Source: an uncultured Planctomycetaceae bacterium (GTDB taxonomy: Bacteria > Planctomycetota > Planctomycetia > Isosphaerales > Isosphaeraceae). From it: a DNA stretch of 64,000 bases. Under the pieces are notes generated by a model, which saw only the letters and a program-made list of their open reading frames with translations, was not told the DNA's origin and did no database searches. A program made the position numbers and the translations under genes. Every line of letters starts with the position of its first letter. Position 1 is the stretch's first letter. The stretch lies in the NCBI GenBank assembly GCA_963833985.1, contig CAWIAD010000002.1, positions 2,432,001-2,496,000 on the forward strand, in the 5' to 3' direction. Below are positions 11,069 through 20,179 of the stretch, one piece after another.

Positions 11069-11842
11069 ATGCCCATCCTGGACAAGATCACCGAGACCCA
11101 GCTCTGGAAGAGTGTCTTCCGGCATCCCATGCCCACCGACCGGCGGAACCGGGTGGTGGTGATGCTGACCAACTTCTTCCTCCACCTCCACCCCGTGAGC
11201 GTCCGCAAGCAGGGCATCGCGCTGAGCTACACCTGGTGCATGGGCGGGACGACGTTCTTCCTGTTCATCGTCGAGGTCGTGACCGGCGTGCTGCTCATGT
11301 TCTATTACCGGCCGACCCTGGAACACGCTTACAACGACATCCTTGCCCTGCGCGACGTGACCACCCTGGGCATCCTCCGCGAGCTGCATCGCTGGGGCGC
11401 CCACGCCATGGTGATCGCGGTGTGGCTGCACATGTACCGGGTGTTCCTGACCGGCAGCTACAAGCCCCCGCGCGAGTTCAACTGGGTGGTCGGCGTGCTT
11501 TTGCTGGTGCTCACGCTGCTGCTGTCGTTCACCGGCTACCTGCTTCCCTGGGATCAACTGGCGATCTGGGCCATCACCGTGGGCTCCAACATGGCGCGGG
11601 CCACTCCCGGCGTGGGCGTCGAGGGCCCAGGAGCATCGATGCTTTCGCTCAACGGCGTGAAGCTGATCACTTCCGGCTCGGATGCGAAATTCGCCCTGCT
11701 GGGCGGACGAGCCGTGGGTGAGATGACGCTCAACCGGTTTTACGTGCTGCACTGCGTGGCGATTCCGCTGGCCGTCTCGCTACTGATCATGATTCACTTC
11801 TGGCGGGTGCGCAAGGACGGCGGCATCAGCGGCCCCCTCTGA
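11069..11842 (+). CDS. petB: Cytochrome b6-type subunit (split cytochrome b, N-terminal part)
   Basis: WCMGG (heme ci Cys position), [30 protein letters not shown], helix D His pair 14 residues apart, C-terminal GISGPL. Confidence 0.95.
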   Translation: MPILDKITETQLWKSVFRHPMPTDRRNRVVVMLTNFFLHLHPVSVRKQGIALSYTWCMGGTTFFLFIVEVVTGVLLMFYYRPTLEHAYNDILALRDVTTLGILRELHRWGAHAMVIAVWLHMYRVFLTGSYKPPREFNWVVGVLLLVLTLLLSFTGYLLPWDQLAIWAITVGSNMARATPGVGVEGPGASMLSLNGVKLITSGSDAKFALLGGRAVGEMTLNRFYVLHCVAIPLAVSLLIMIHFWRVRKDGGISGPL

Positions 11843-11943
11843 TGATGTGCGCGCGGCGTTCGCTACTGCAACGTGGGCAAGCAAGACTGTCTGCTCCAGT
11901 TCGGCCCTGGCGATTCCCCGGAAACCTCGGTCTGTAGGTGCTC

Positions 11944-13536
11944 ATGCGTCAAGACTTAAACGATAGCGTGATGGCCGGCCTGGCGTGGTATTACCTGCTG
12001 GCGGCCATGCTGAACGCGGCCGCGGCCGCCTACGTCGCGTACATGGAACTGGTCTCGGAGGGCGCCTCGCGCGTGGGGCTGGCGCCGCGCACCCGGCGGC
12101 TGCCCGACTGGCTGGCGATCGCGTTCTTCGGCCTCTACGGGCTGGCGATCCTGGCCATCCTGGGCCGGCAGGTGCTCCCCGGCGCGATCGATGTGGCGTA
12201 TTGCCTGTGTGCCCTGGCGAACTCCTTGGTGGCCATCGCCGCCGGCGCCGACGCGGCCCACTTCGCGGAATTGCGCGAGGTGGTCTCCGGCCACGGCAAC
12301 GCCGCCCCGGCGGCCACGCCCACGCTCGACGACCATCTGCCGGCGGTCGGGCTGGGTGGGCCCATCAACCGCACCTTGTGGACCCTCATCTGGGCGATCA
12401 TCGGGCTCGTCTTTCAGGCCATGGGCCTGTGCTACCTCTTCGGCGGCAAGATCATCCTCCCGCCCTTCGTCCGCGACGCCATTGATTACGTCTCCGGCCC
12501 GACCACCTTCTTCGTCGGAGCCACCATCGGCTTCGCCGCGTTGATCGCCTATCGCCGCTTCTTCGCCAACGGGCTCGTCGCGTGGTCGATCGTGAACCTG
12601 TTCCTGCTCTTCTTCGGGCTGAGCATGAGCGACTACGACTTCCGCGACATCGTCACCAAGCCCGATAACGTGCCGATCGTCGGCCTCATCGTGCTGGTGG
12701 GCTTCTTCACCTGGCTGGCCCTGCGTCGCGCCGTGATCAACGACTCCCGGATGGCCCAGGGTCTGCCCAACCTCGAGGAACTGGAGCCGGACAAGACCCT
12801 CACCTGGCCGGACCTGGTCTACACCGAGCTGATCGCCATGGTGGCGCAAACCATCTTCCTGGTGGTCTGGGGCATCGCCCTGCAAGCCCCGCTCGAGCAG
12901 CCCGCCAGCTCCACCGTGGCGCCCAACCCGTCGAAGGCGCCCTGGTACTTCCTGGGTCTCCAGGAGATGCTCGTGTATTTCGATCCTTGGATGGCCGGCG
13001 TGGTGCTTCCCAGCATGATCATCGTCGGGCTCATGGCAATCCCCTACATCGACACGAACAAGCAAGGCAACGGCTATTACACGATCGTGCAGCGGAAGTT
13101 TGCCTACCTCACGTTCCAGTACGGCTTCCTGGTGCTCTGGGTGGTGCTGATCCTGCTGGGGACCTTCCTGCGCGGCCCCAACTGGAACTTTTTCGGACCC
13201 TATGAGTACTGGGACCTCCACAAGCTGATTCCGCTGAACAACGTGAATCTCTCGGAGATCGTCTGGATCCAGCTTATGGGCACCACCAAGCCGTCATGGA
13301 TCCTGGTCCGCGAGGCTCCCGGGCTGCTGCTCTGCCTGCTCTACTTCACCGTATTGCCGGAGCTGATGCGCCGGCTCTTCTTCAAGAAATATGCCGAGCA
13401 GGCGGGCCTGCTGCGGTACATGACGCTGGCGATCCTGCTGCTGTTCATGGCCAGCCTGCCGATCAAGATGGTGTTCCGCTGGACCATCAACCTGAAATAC
13501 CTGGTGGCCATTCCCGAGTACTTTTTCAATATCTAG
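11944..13536 (+). CDS. petD: Extended subunit IV (cytochrome b C-terminal part) with extra TM helices
   Basis: TWPDLV..ELIA, APLEQPA...PNPSKAPWYFLGLQE (PEWY-equivalent), PYID; about 530 aa polytopic protein. Confidence 0.85.
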   Translation: MRQDLNDSVMAGLAWYYLLAAMLNAAAAAYVAYMELVSEGASRVGLAPRTRRLPDWLAIAFFGLYGLAILAILGRQVLPGAIDVAYCLCALANSLVAIAAGADAAHFAELREVVSGHGNAAPAATPTLDDHLPAVGLGGPINRTLWTLIWAIIGLVFQAMGLCYLFGGKIILPPFVRDAIDYVSGPTTFFVGATIGFAALIAYRRFFANGLVAWSIVNLFLLFFGLSMSDYDFRDIVTKPDNVPIVGLIVLVGFFTWLALRRAVINDSRMAQGLPNLEELEPDKTLTWPDLVYTELIAMVAQTIFLVVWGIALQAPLEQPASSTVAPNPSKAPWYFLGLQEMLVYFDPWMAGVVLPSMIIVGLMAIPYIDTNKQGNGYYTIVQRKFAYLTFQYGFLVLWVVLILLGTFLRGPNWNFFGPYEYWDLHKLIPLNNVNLSEIVWIQLMGTTKPSWILVREAPGLLLCLLYFTVLPELMRRLFFKKYAEQAGLLRYMTLAILLLFMASLPIKMVFRWTINLKYLVAIPEYFFNI

Positions 13537-13638
13537 AATAGCTCGGGTGGTGTGCGTTCCGCCGCGCGACCCGCCCGCCGTACTCGAAGCCGTCCACGGC
13601 GTCGAGCGCGATTCCCGTTCGACATAGGACCGACGAAC

Positions 13639-16600
13639 ATGGCTGCATCCGAGGAAACCTACCGACGCCAGCCCACGCTGCACATCATCTTCGCGGTCAC
13701 GTCGATCGCGATGACGCTGTCCATCGTGTGGATGATCATGGCCGACCACCTCCGGCCCTGGAAGCAGGTCCAGCGCGAATTCCAGGTCGTGGAGCGTGAG
13801 AAGCTCAAGGCCGTCGAGCAGGAGACGCTCAAGAAACGGGCCGGCGCCGTCCAGAGCCAGATCGAAGCGCTGGACCGCCAGATCAGCCAGGCCGAGCAGG
13901 GGGCGGCGCAGCGCGCGGCCGACCTGAGCCGGCTCGACAAAGAGCTCAAGACCATTCAGGCGCGGACCGAGAAGCTGGACACGGAACGGCGCTTCAAGAA
14001 GGCCGAGCTGGACAGTCTCCGCAGCCTCTACGACGGCATGATCGAGCGGGGAGAAGAACGGCAGGCGAAGAACTATCTGAACACGACCGTCGCCAACGCC
14101 GAGAAGCAGCTTGGCGAGCTCTCGCGGAAACTCGAGGCGTCGCAGGCGGACCTGAAGATCAAAGAAGATGAACGGGAGCGGTTGCTGGGCTACGTGGACA
14201 ACCTGGTCAAGGACCGTGAGAAGCTGACCCGGGAGGCGGACCGGGTGAAGCGCTTGATCGACCAGAAAGAGGCCCAGTATTTCGGCCTCCTGGCCTGGCT
14301 CCGGGGCCTGCCCGGCATCGACATGGCGGCCCCGCCGACCAAGATCCAGCAGATCAGCCTTCCCGATCTGACCATCAACTACAACTTCAAGGAGGTTCCC
14401 CGGTACGACCGCTGCACCACCTGCCACCAGGGCATCGACCGCGTGGGTTACGACAAGGACGCCCACGGCAAGCCGATGCCCAAGGTGTTCGCGTCGCACC
14501 CCATGGTGAACACGGGTACGACCACGGTGGACATCAAGGGTCGCGTGGTCACCGCCGGGCTCTACCTCGACCCCAACGGTCCCCACCCCATCAACGCCTT
14601 CGGGTGCACCATCTGCCATGGCGGGCAAGGCTCAGGCACGGACTTCACGTTCGCCTCGCACACACCGGCCGATCTGAAGGAACAGGATCGATGGCGCGAG
14701 GAATACGGCTGGCAGCAAATTCACCACTGGGACTACCCGATGCTGCCGGACCGGTTCATCGAGTCGAGCTGCGTGAAGTGCCATCACCAGATCACGGATA
14801 TACCCCAGGCCAAGAAGCTCCAGGCAGGCTACCAGCGGATCGTGCAGTACGGCTGCACGGGCTGCCACACCATCGGCGGAGAGGGCTCCTTCGGCCCCGA
14901 CCTGACCGACGAGCGCACGGTGGGGCCGAACCTCAGCCACATCGCTTCCAAGCTCACCAGGGACTGGGTGGTAAAGTGGATCAAGGACCCGCACGCGTTC
15001 CGGCCCGATTCGCGCATGCCCCGTTTCTACGGGGTGACCAACAACGATGCCCCGGACGACCTGCCCAAGAGTCACGCCGAGATCCAGGCGATCACGCACT
15101 ACCTGTTCTCGCGGAGCACCCCGCCAGAGGATTTCCAGGCCCCGCCCGCACAGATGGACGCCAAGAAGGGCAAGGAGCTGTTCCTCCAGAAGGGATGCAT
15201 GGCCTGTCATCAGCACCGGCCCTACGACGCCAGCTCCGTGCAGATCGCCGATCGGGGCGCACTCAATCCCGCTTACAAGCCCGATCCGGCGGCGATGTAT
15301 GACCCCAAGAATTTCCCGGAATCGGCGCGGCCGTATGCCCAGGCGGATTACGGCCCGAACCTGGGGAACATCGCGGCCAAGTTCCACATGCAGTCCGACA
15401 AGGGGCTGAAGTGGCTTTCCAACTGGATCCAGAACCCCGAGAAGTACCATCCCAAGAGCCTGATGCCGAAGCTCCAGCTCACCTTCCAGGACGCCGCCGA
15501 CATTGCTTCGTGGCTGATCACGGTGCCCGGCGAGTGGCCCGTGACGGTGGACGTGCCGCCCGTCGCGGACCAGAGCGTCAGCTCGGCCCTCAATGACCTG
15601 GTGAAGCTTTACGTGACCAAGGGCGGCTACAAGAACCGGGACGGTAAAACGGTTTCCGTGGCGCTGAGCGAGGTGGATCCGTTCGTCGCCAAGCTGGGCA
15701 CGGAAGAGAAGTTGTACTTCCTGGGAGAGAAGACGATCTCGCGTCTTGGCTGCTTCGGCTGCCACTCGATCCCCGGGTTCGAGAACGCCAAGCCGATCGG
15801 CACACCGCTCAACGACTGGGGCATCAAGAACCCCGCCCGGCTCGACTTCGGCCACATCCACGAATACCTCGAAGCCCAGGTCGAGAGTCCCGAAGGCGAT
15901 CGCGACGGGACCGCGCCCTTCTTCCAGGAGCAGCTCGAGCACGAGTCGCGGATGGGCTTCCTGTACCAGAAGCTGCACCGCCCGCGCAGCTATGACTTCC
16001 TCAAGGACAAGGAAAAGTACAAGACCTGGGACGACCGCCTGCGCATGCCGCAGTTTGCCTGGGCCAATGATCCGGCCGCCGTCGAGGAGGTGATGACGTT
16101 CATCCTGGGCCTGACAGGCGAGAAGATCAGCAGCAAGTATCTGGCGAAGGCGAACTACAACGAGGTGCAGACCGCCCTGGCCAAGGGGGGCCGGGTGATC
16201 AACCGGTATAACTGCACGGGCTGCCACGTGCTGGAGATGCCCAGGTACACCGTCCCCGAGGGGATGAAGGTGGCCGAGGCCTTCACCAACCTGAAGGCGA
16301 ACTTGCGGTCGTCGTACTCGGCACGGAACAACGATTTCCTTGCCCAGCTGTACCCCGGATTGACCTACGATCCGTCGAAGAAGCTGGACAGCGACGCCAT
16401 TGAATCGGAGCTCGGCCTCCAGCCCGACGAGGGCAAGCCGGTGACGGTCGAGGGAATGCCGATCGGCGTCTTTGAGAATGAGCTCACGGTGCAACTCTGG
16501 AAACCGGCCACGGTACGCGGCTACACCTTCAACGTCGGCGACAATGTCACGCTTGACCAGACCAAGGTGCAGAAGACGCCGGCGGTGGGTGGCGACTTCG

Positions 16601-17340
16601 CCTGGCTGTATGCGATCACGGCCCAGGAGCGCGCCGGCACCAGCTTCGAGTCGTTCTGGAACCGGCTGCCGCCCCCGCTGGTGCGCGAGGGGAACAAGGT
16701 GCAGACTCCCTGGTTCGCTCTCTTCCTGCGCGACCCATACGCCATTCGCCCGGCGGCCCAGCTGCGCATGCCGCGATTCCATTACGGCAAGGTGATAGGC
16801 GTGCCCTCGCGAGAGACCGAGGAGCTGGCCGATTACTTCGCGGCCCGCGACGGCGCCGAGTTCCCCTACCAGACGATTCCCCAGCAGCAGGTCGGGTACG
16901 TCGCCGAGCGCGACCAGACGCATCCCAACTACCTGAATGCCGGCTGGTCGATGATCGCGAACCGGGGCTCGCCGTGCATCCAGTGCCATGCGATCGGCCA
17001 GTTCAAGCCGACAGGCGGCGAGCAGGTCGTCAACGGTCCCGACCTGCGGCAGGTCGCAACCCGGTTCCGTCCCGGCTTCCTGGAGACCTGGATCGCCAAC
17101 CCGAAGCGTCTGGTGCCTTACACGGCAATGCCCCAGAACGTGGTGCCCCATGGCGCACCGCAACTGCCGGTGCCCAAGACCTTCGAGAATCAACCGATCG
17201 AGATGGTCCGGGCGATTCGCGATACCCTGCTGAACTACACGAACGTGGTCGAGCAGCAACTGGCTGCCGCCAAACCCGCGGTGGAGCAACCCGCCCCGGC
17301 TGCCGCGACACCCCCCAAGCCCACCGGGTCGGGCGAGTGA
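13639..17340 (+). CDS. Membrane-anchored octaheme cytochrome c (1233 aa)
   Basis: N-terminal TM, long coiled coil, eight CxxCH motifs (CTTCH, CTICH, CVKCH, CTGCH, CMACH, CFGCH, CTGCH, CIQCH). Confidence 0.93.
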   Translation: MAASEETYRRQPTLHIIFAVTSIAMTLSIVWMIMADHLRPWKQVQREFQVVEREKLKAVEQETLKKRAGAVQSQIEALDRQISQAEQGAAQRAADLSRLDKELKTIQARTEKLDTERRFKKAELDSLRSLYDGMIERGEERQAKNYLNTTVANAEKQLGELSRKLEASQADLKIKEDERERLLGYVDNLVKDREKLTREADRVKRLIDQKEAQYFGLLAWLRGLPGIDMAAPPTKIQQISLPDLTINYNFKEVPRYDRCTTCHQGIDRVGYDKDAHGKPMPKVFASHPMVNTGTTTVDIKGRVVTAGLYLDPNGPHPINAFGCTICHGGQGSGTDFTFASHTPADLKEQDRWREEYGWQQIHHWDYPMLPDRFIESSCVKCHHQITDIPQAKKLQAGYQRIVQYGCTGCHTIGGEGSFGPDLTDERTVGPNLSHIASKLTRDWVVKWIKDPHAFRPDSRMPRFYGVTNNDAPDDLPKSHAEIQAITHYLFSRSTPPEDFQAPPAQMDAKKGKELFLQKGCMACHQHRPYDASSVQIADRGALNPAYKPDPAAMYDPKNFPESARPYAQADYGPNLGNIAAKFHMQSDKGLKWLSNWIQNPEKYHPKSLMPKLQLTFQDAADIASWLITVPGEWPVTVDVPPVADQSVSSALNDLVKLYVTKGGYKNRDGKTVSVALSEVDPFVAKLGTEEKLYFLGEKTISRLGCFGCHSIPGFENAKPIGTPLNDWGIKNPARLDFGHIHEYLEAQVESPEGDRDGTAPFFQEQLEHESRMGFLYQKLHRPRSYDFLKDKEKYKTWDDRLRMPQFAWANDPAAVEEVMTFILGLTGEKISSKYLAKANYNEVQTALAKGGRVINRYNCTGCHVLEMPRYTVPEGMKVAEAFTNLKANLRSSYSARNNDFLAQLYPGLTYDPSKKLDSDAIESELGLQPDEGKPVTVEGMPIGVFENELTVQLWKPATVRGYTFNVGDNVTLDQTKVQKTPAVGGDFAWLYAITAQERAGTSFESFWNRLPPPLVREGNKVQTPWFALFLRDPYAIRPAAQLRMPRFHYGKVIGVPSRETEELADYFAARDGAEFPYQTIPQQQVGYVAERDQTHPNYLNAGWSMIANRGSPCIQCHAIGQFKPTGGEQVVNGPDLRQVATRFRPGFLETWIANPKRLVPYTAMPQNVVPHGAPQLPVPKTFENQPIEMVRAIRDTLLNYTNVVEQQLAAAKPAVEQPAPAAATPPKPTGSGE

Positions 17341-17532
17341 GCCCACACCGTCCATGGACCTCCGCCGCCGGCTTGCCCCTGGGCATGGCCCCCGGCGGGA
17401 GCCCATGGCTTCCCGCCTCAAAAACTGAGATGCTCTCGTAGAGCGGCAAGAGCGGCGGATCGCCCAAGGCTCGGTCCGTTCCGCCCAGGTGCCAGATGGT
17501 CAGAACAGCCTGAAATTCGTAGGAGAAACGCA

Positions 17533-18470
17533 ATGAACACACGCTGGATGCACAAGCCGGCGACCCTCGCATTGTCCCTGGGAGCCGCGCTGGCTGCGGC
17601 CGTCTTTGGCTGCGGAGGTCAGGGGACGGAGCATGGCGACGCCGTGGTTGTGCCTGATTCGACAGTGACCACCTCGAGCAGCAAGGCCCCGGCGGCGGGA
17701 GCCCCGGCCACATCGGGCGCCTCCGCGCCGGCCGCGGCCACCAGCACGGCGGCCGCGCCGGTCCGGGCGGAAGGGTTTGGCACCCTGAAGGGCCAGGTGA
17801 CCTTCGCCGGCGATCCTCCGGCGCAGAAGGTCCTCTTCGAGAAGGGCAAGGCGGCCAAGGACCCCGAGGTCTGTGCCAAGGACGCGCCCTCATGTCCGAG
17901 CGCCTGGTGGTCGATGGCGGCACCAAGGGCGTGAAGAACGTGCTGGTTTACTTGCCCCGGCCGACGAGCGTGAGCGATGAGGCCAAGAAGGCCGTCGAGA
18001 AGGTCGCCGTGGTCTTCGACCAGACCAAGTGCATCTTCGAGCCCCACGTGCTGGGCGTGCTGGCGAACGCGACGATCACCCTGAAGTCGAGCGATCCGGT
18101 GAACCACAACATCAACGCCAAGCTGAAGGCCTCCACGGCTTTCAACCAGCTTCTGGCCCCGCAGGGTACGACAAAGTTCACCCCCACCGACCCGGAGCGG
18201 ACGCCCGCGGAGGTAACCTGCGATATTCACCCGTGGATGAAGGCCTGGTGGATGGTCTTCAATCATCCGTACTTTGCCGTGACCGACGACAAGGGCTATT
18301 TCGAGATCAAGAACGCGCCGGCCGGAACCCAGAAGGTCGTGGTCTGGCAGGAGGCCGTGGACAAGAACGGCTTCGTGACCGCTCCGTCGGGTGAGGACGT
18401 GGTCGTCAAGGCCAACGACACCGTGGTCAAGGATTTCAAGGTCGAACCGTCCCGGCTGCGGGCGGAGTAA
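17533..18470 (+). CDS. Lipoprotein with cupredoxin-like/carboxypeptidase-regulatory-like domains; frameshift at ~17890
   Basis: Lipobox AVFGC; KDPEVC, KCIFEPHV, NHNIN, CDIHPWM and HPYFAVTD. Confidence 0.8.
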
Positions 18471-18480
18471 GTTTTTTCCG

Positions 18481-18566
18481 CGGCTCGCGGGCGGAATCGC
18501 CCGCGGGCCGGAACAAGCCGGGCCACCTCTCGAAACCCGCCAGGTTTCCGTGGTGGCCTCTTTTTT
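18481..18566 (+). terminator. Two stem-loops, the second followed by a T-run (intrinsic terminator-like)
   Basis: 13-bp stem at 18481-18510; GGCCACC...GAAACC/GGTTTC...GGTGGCC followed by TCTTTTTT at 18521-18566. Confidence 0.55.
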
Positions 18567-18583
18567 CCACTCCGAGGATGACC

Positions 18584-19423
18584 ATGCGACCGAGCTTCCG
18601 CCCCGGTACGATCACCGCTCTGGGTCTGGCGCTGCTGTCGATGGGGCCACGGCCCACGTGGGCCGCGAATCCACCGGCCGGCGCCCTGGCTGCCTGTACC
18701 AGCGCCCAGGCTGCGTATGGCACGATCAAGGGCCGGCTGGTCTGGGGCGGCAGCGAGGTTCCCGCACCGCGCGTCATGGTCGAGCAGGGGCGGGCCACCA
18801 AGGATCCGGAAGTCTGCGCCCGCAATGGTGCCATCATCGACCAGGAGCTTGTGGTCGATCCCGCGACCAGGGGAGTGGCCAACGGCTTTGCCTATCTCAT
18901 CCGCCCCCAGGGTGCCAACCCGGATGCGGTGAAAGCCCTGCTGGAACGGAAGCCGAAGGTCGAGCTCGACCAGAAGGGCTGCCAGTTCACGCCGTTCGCC
19001 CTGGCTCTCCACCAGGATCAGGCGCTGCTGGTCAAGTCCAGCGACCCGGTCAACCACAACGTCCGGTACGCGGCGTTCACCAACTCACCGTTCAATCAGA
19101 TCCTCAGCCCCAACGGGCAGGCGGAACTGAAGCTTGTCGCCGAGCGCCGGCCGATTGTCGTCGCCTGCGACATTCATCCCTGGATGAAGGCCTATCTCAT
19201 GGTCTTCGATCACTCCTTCTTCGCCGTGACCGGGACCGACGGCAGCTTCGAGATCGCCGGGGTGCCCGCGGGCGAGCAGCACCTCGTGCTCTGGCAAGGC
19301 AAAGTCGGCTACGTGGGCTATCGTGATCCCGCGAAGAAGACGCAGGGAATGCCCGTCACGGTCCGCGCGGGAGAAGTGACCGACGTGGGACCGATCAAGC
19401 TCGAGCTCGGCCTGTCGAAGTAA
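18584..19423 (+). CDS. Secreted paralog of the cupredoxin-like protein
   Basis: Signal peptide; KDPEVC, GCQFTP, NHNVR, CDIHPWM and HSFFAVT. Confidence 0.85.
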   Translation: MRPSFRPGTITALGLALLSMGPRPTWAANPPAGALAACTSAQAAYGTIKGRLVWGGSEVPAPRVMVEQGRATKDPEVCARNGAIIDQELVVDPATRGVANGFAYLIRPQGANPDAVKALLERKPKVELDQKGCQFTPFALALHQDQALLVKSSDPVNHNVRYAAFTNSPFNQILSPNGQAELKLVAERRPIVVACDIHPWMKAYLMVFDHSFFAVTGTDGSFEIAGVPAGEQHLVLWQGKVGYVGYRDPAKKTQGMPVTVRAGEVTDVGPIKLELGLSK

Positions 19424-19520
19424 CGGATGAGGAACTGAACCCCCGTCCTTGCAGGCTGCGTGCTGGGGATACCGATTTCTCGCGCAGCTCTCCTCTCCTG
19501 AACCCGGATCACCGCGCTCC

Positions 19521-19685
19521 ATGTATCGCTTCGGTCGCCTGCTGCAACTCCTGGGTATGATCGTCCTCCCCTTCGGGATCGCTTCCGAATTGATGGGTAA
19601 GGTGGGATTGGGCCAGTCGCTGCTGATCGCGGCCGCGGGGACCCTCATCTTCTACATCGGCTACGTGATCCAGACCAGATCCTGA
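19521..19685 (+). CDS. Small two-TM membrane protein (54 aa)
   Basis: MYRFGRLLQLLGMIVLPFGIASEL...LIFYIGYVIQ; host-like codon usage. Confidence 0.7.
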   Translation: MYRFGRLLQLLGMIVLPFGIASELMGKVGLGQSLLIAAAGTLIFYIGYVIQTRS

Positions 19686-20134
19686 CGGTCCGCAACTTCA
19701 GAGAGCAGCGGACCAGGGTTGGGTTGGCATCGTCCCAGGACGTCCTACGGCGTCTACGGTTCGGCGCACGCAAGGCCCTGCTAGCCGGTCGGCGCGCCGT
19801 GGCCATTGTGGGACGATGCCGCTTCGTTCGCCGTTCTGCCGCGCGTAAACGCAGGCGTGCTTTCCTGTTCCGATCGGATGGCCGGGCTCGGCAAGGTGTC
19901 GAACGGGTTTGCCGGCCTGGGGCCGCCCGCCCGCGTCGTCGCCCGGACCGCCACGGTATCCCCGGCGCTCGGAGGAGAGGCTTTCCCGCCCGAGGAAACC
20001 AGACCCTCGGTCCCGGCCCGCCCGAAACATCGCTTGAAGTGAGGGCGAGAATGCACAATCCGTTGGCAAGCGCGATGCGGAGCCTCCTTTCATCGTAACC
20101 TCTATTTGGCTGGAGACGGCAACTCGGAGCGACT

Positions 20135-20149
20135 TGGTACTGGATTTGC
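20135..20149 (+). promoter_or_regulatory. sigma54 -24/-12 promoter of the MoxR/VWA operon
   Basis: TGGTAC-TGGAT-TTGC, 30 nt before ATG 20180. Confidence 0.6.
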
Positions 20150-20179
20150 CGTTGCATGCTGGGGGTGATCTGGTGTCCA

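Noticed and set aside
14632..17421. 929-aa minus-strand ORF (and similar ones at 27071-29818, 54426-56489 and 57876-59642)
   Set aside because: These are antisense shadows of well-supported genes, expected from high GC3, and carry no recognisable motifs
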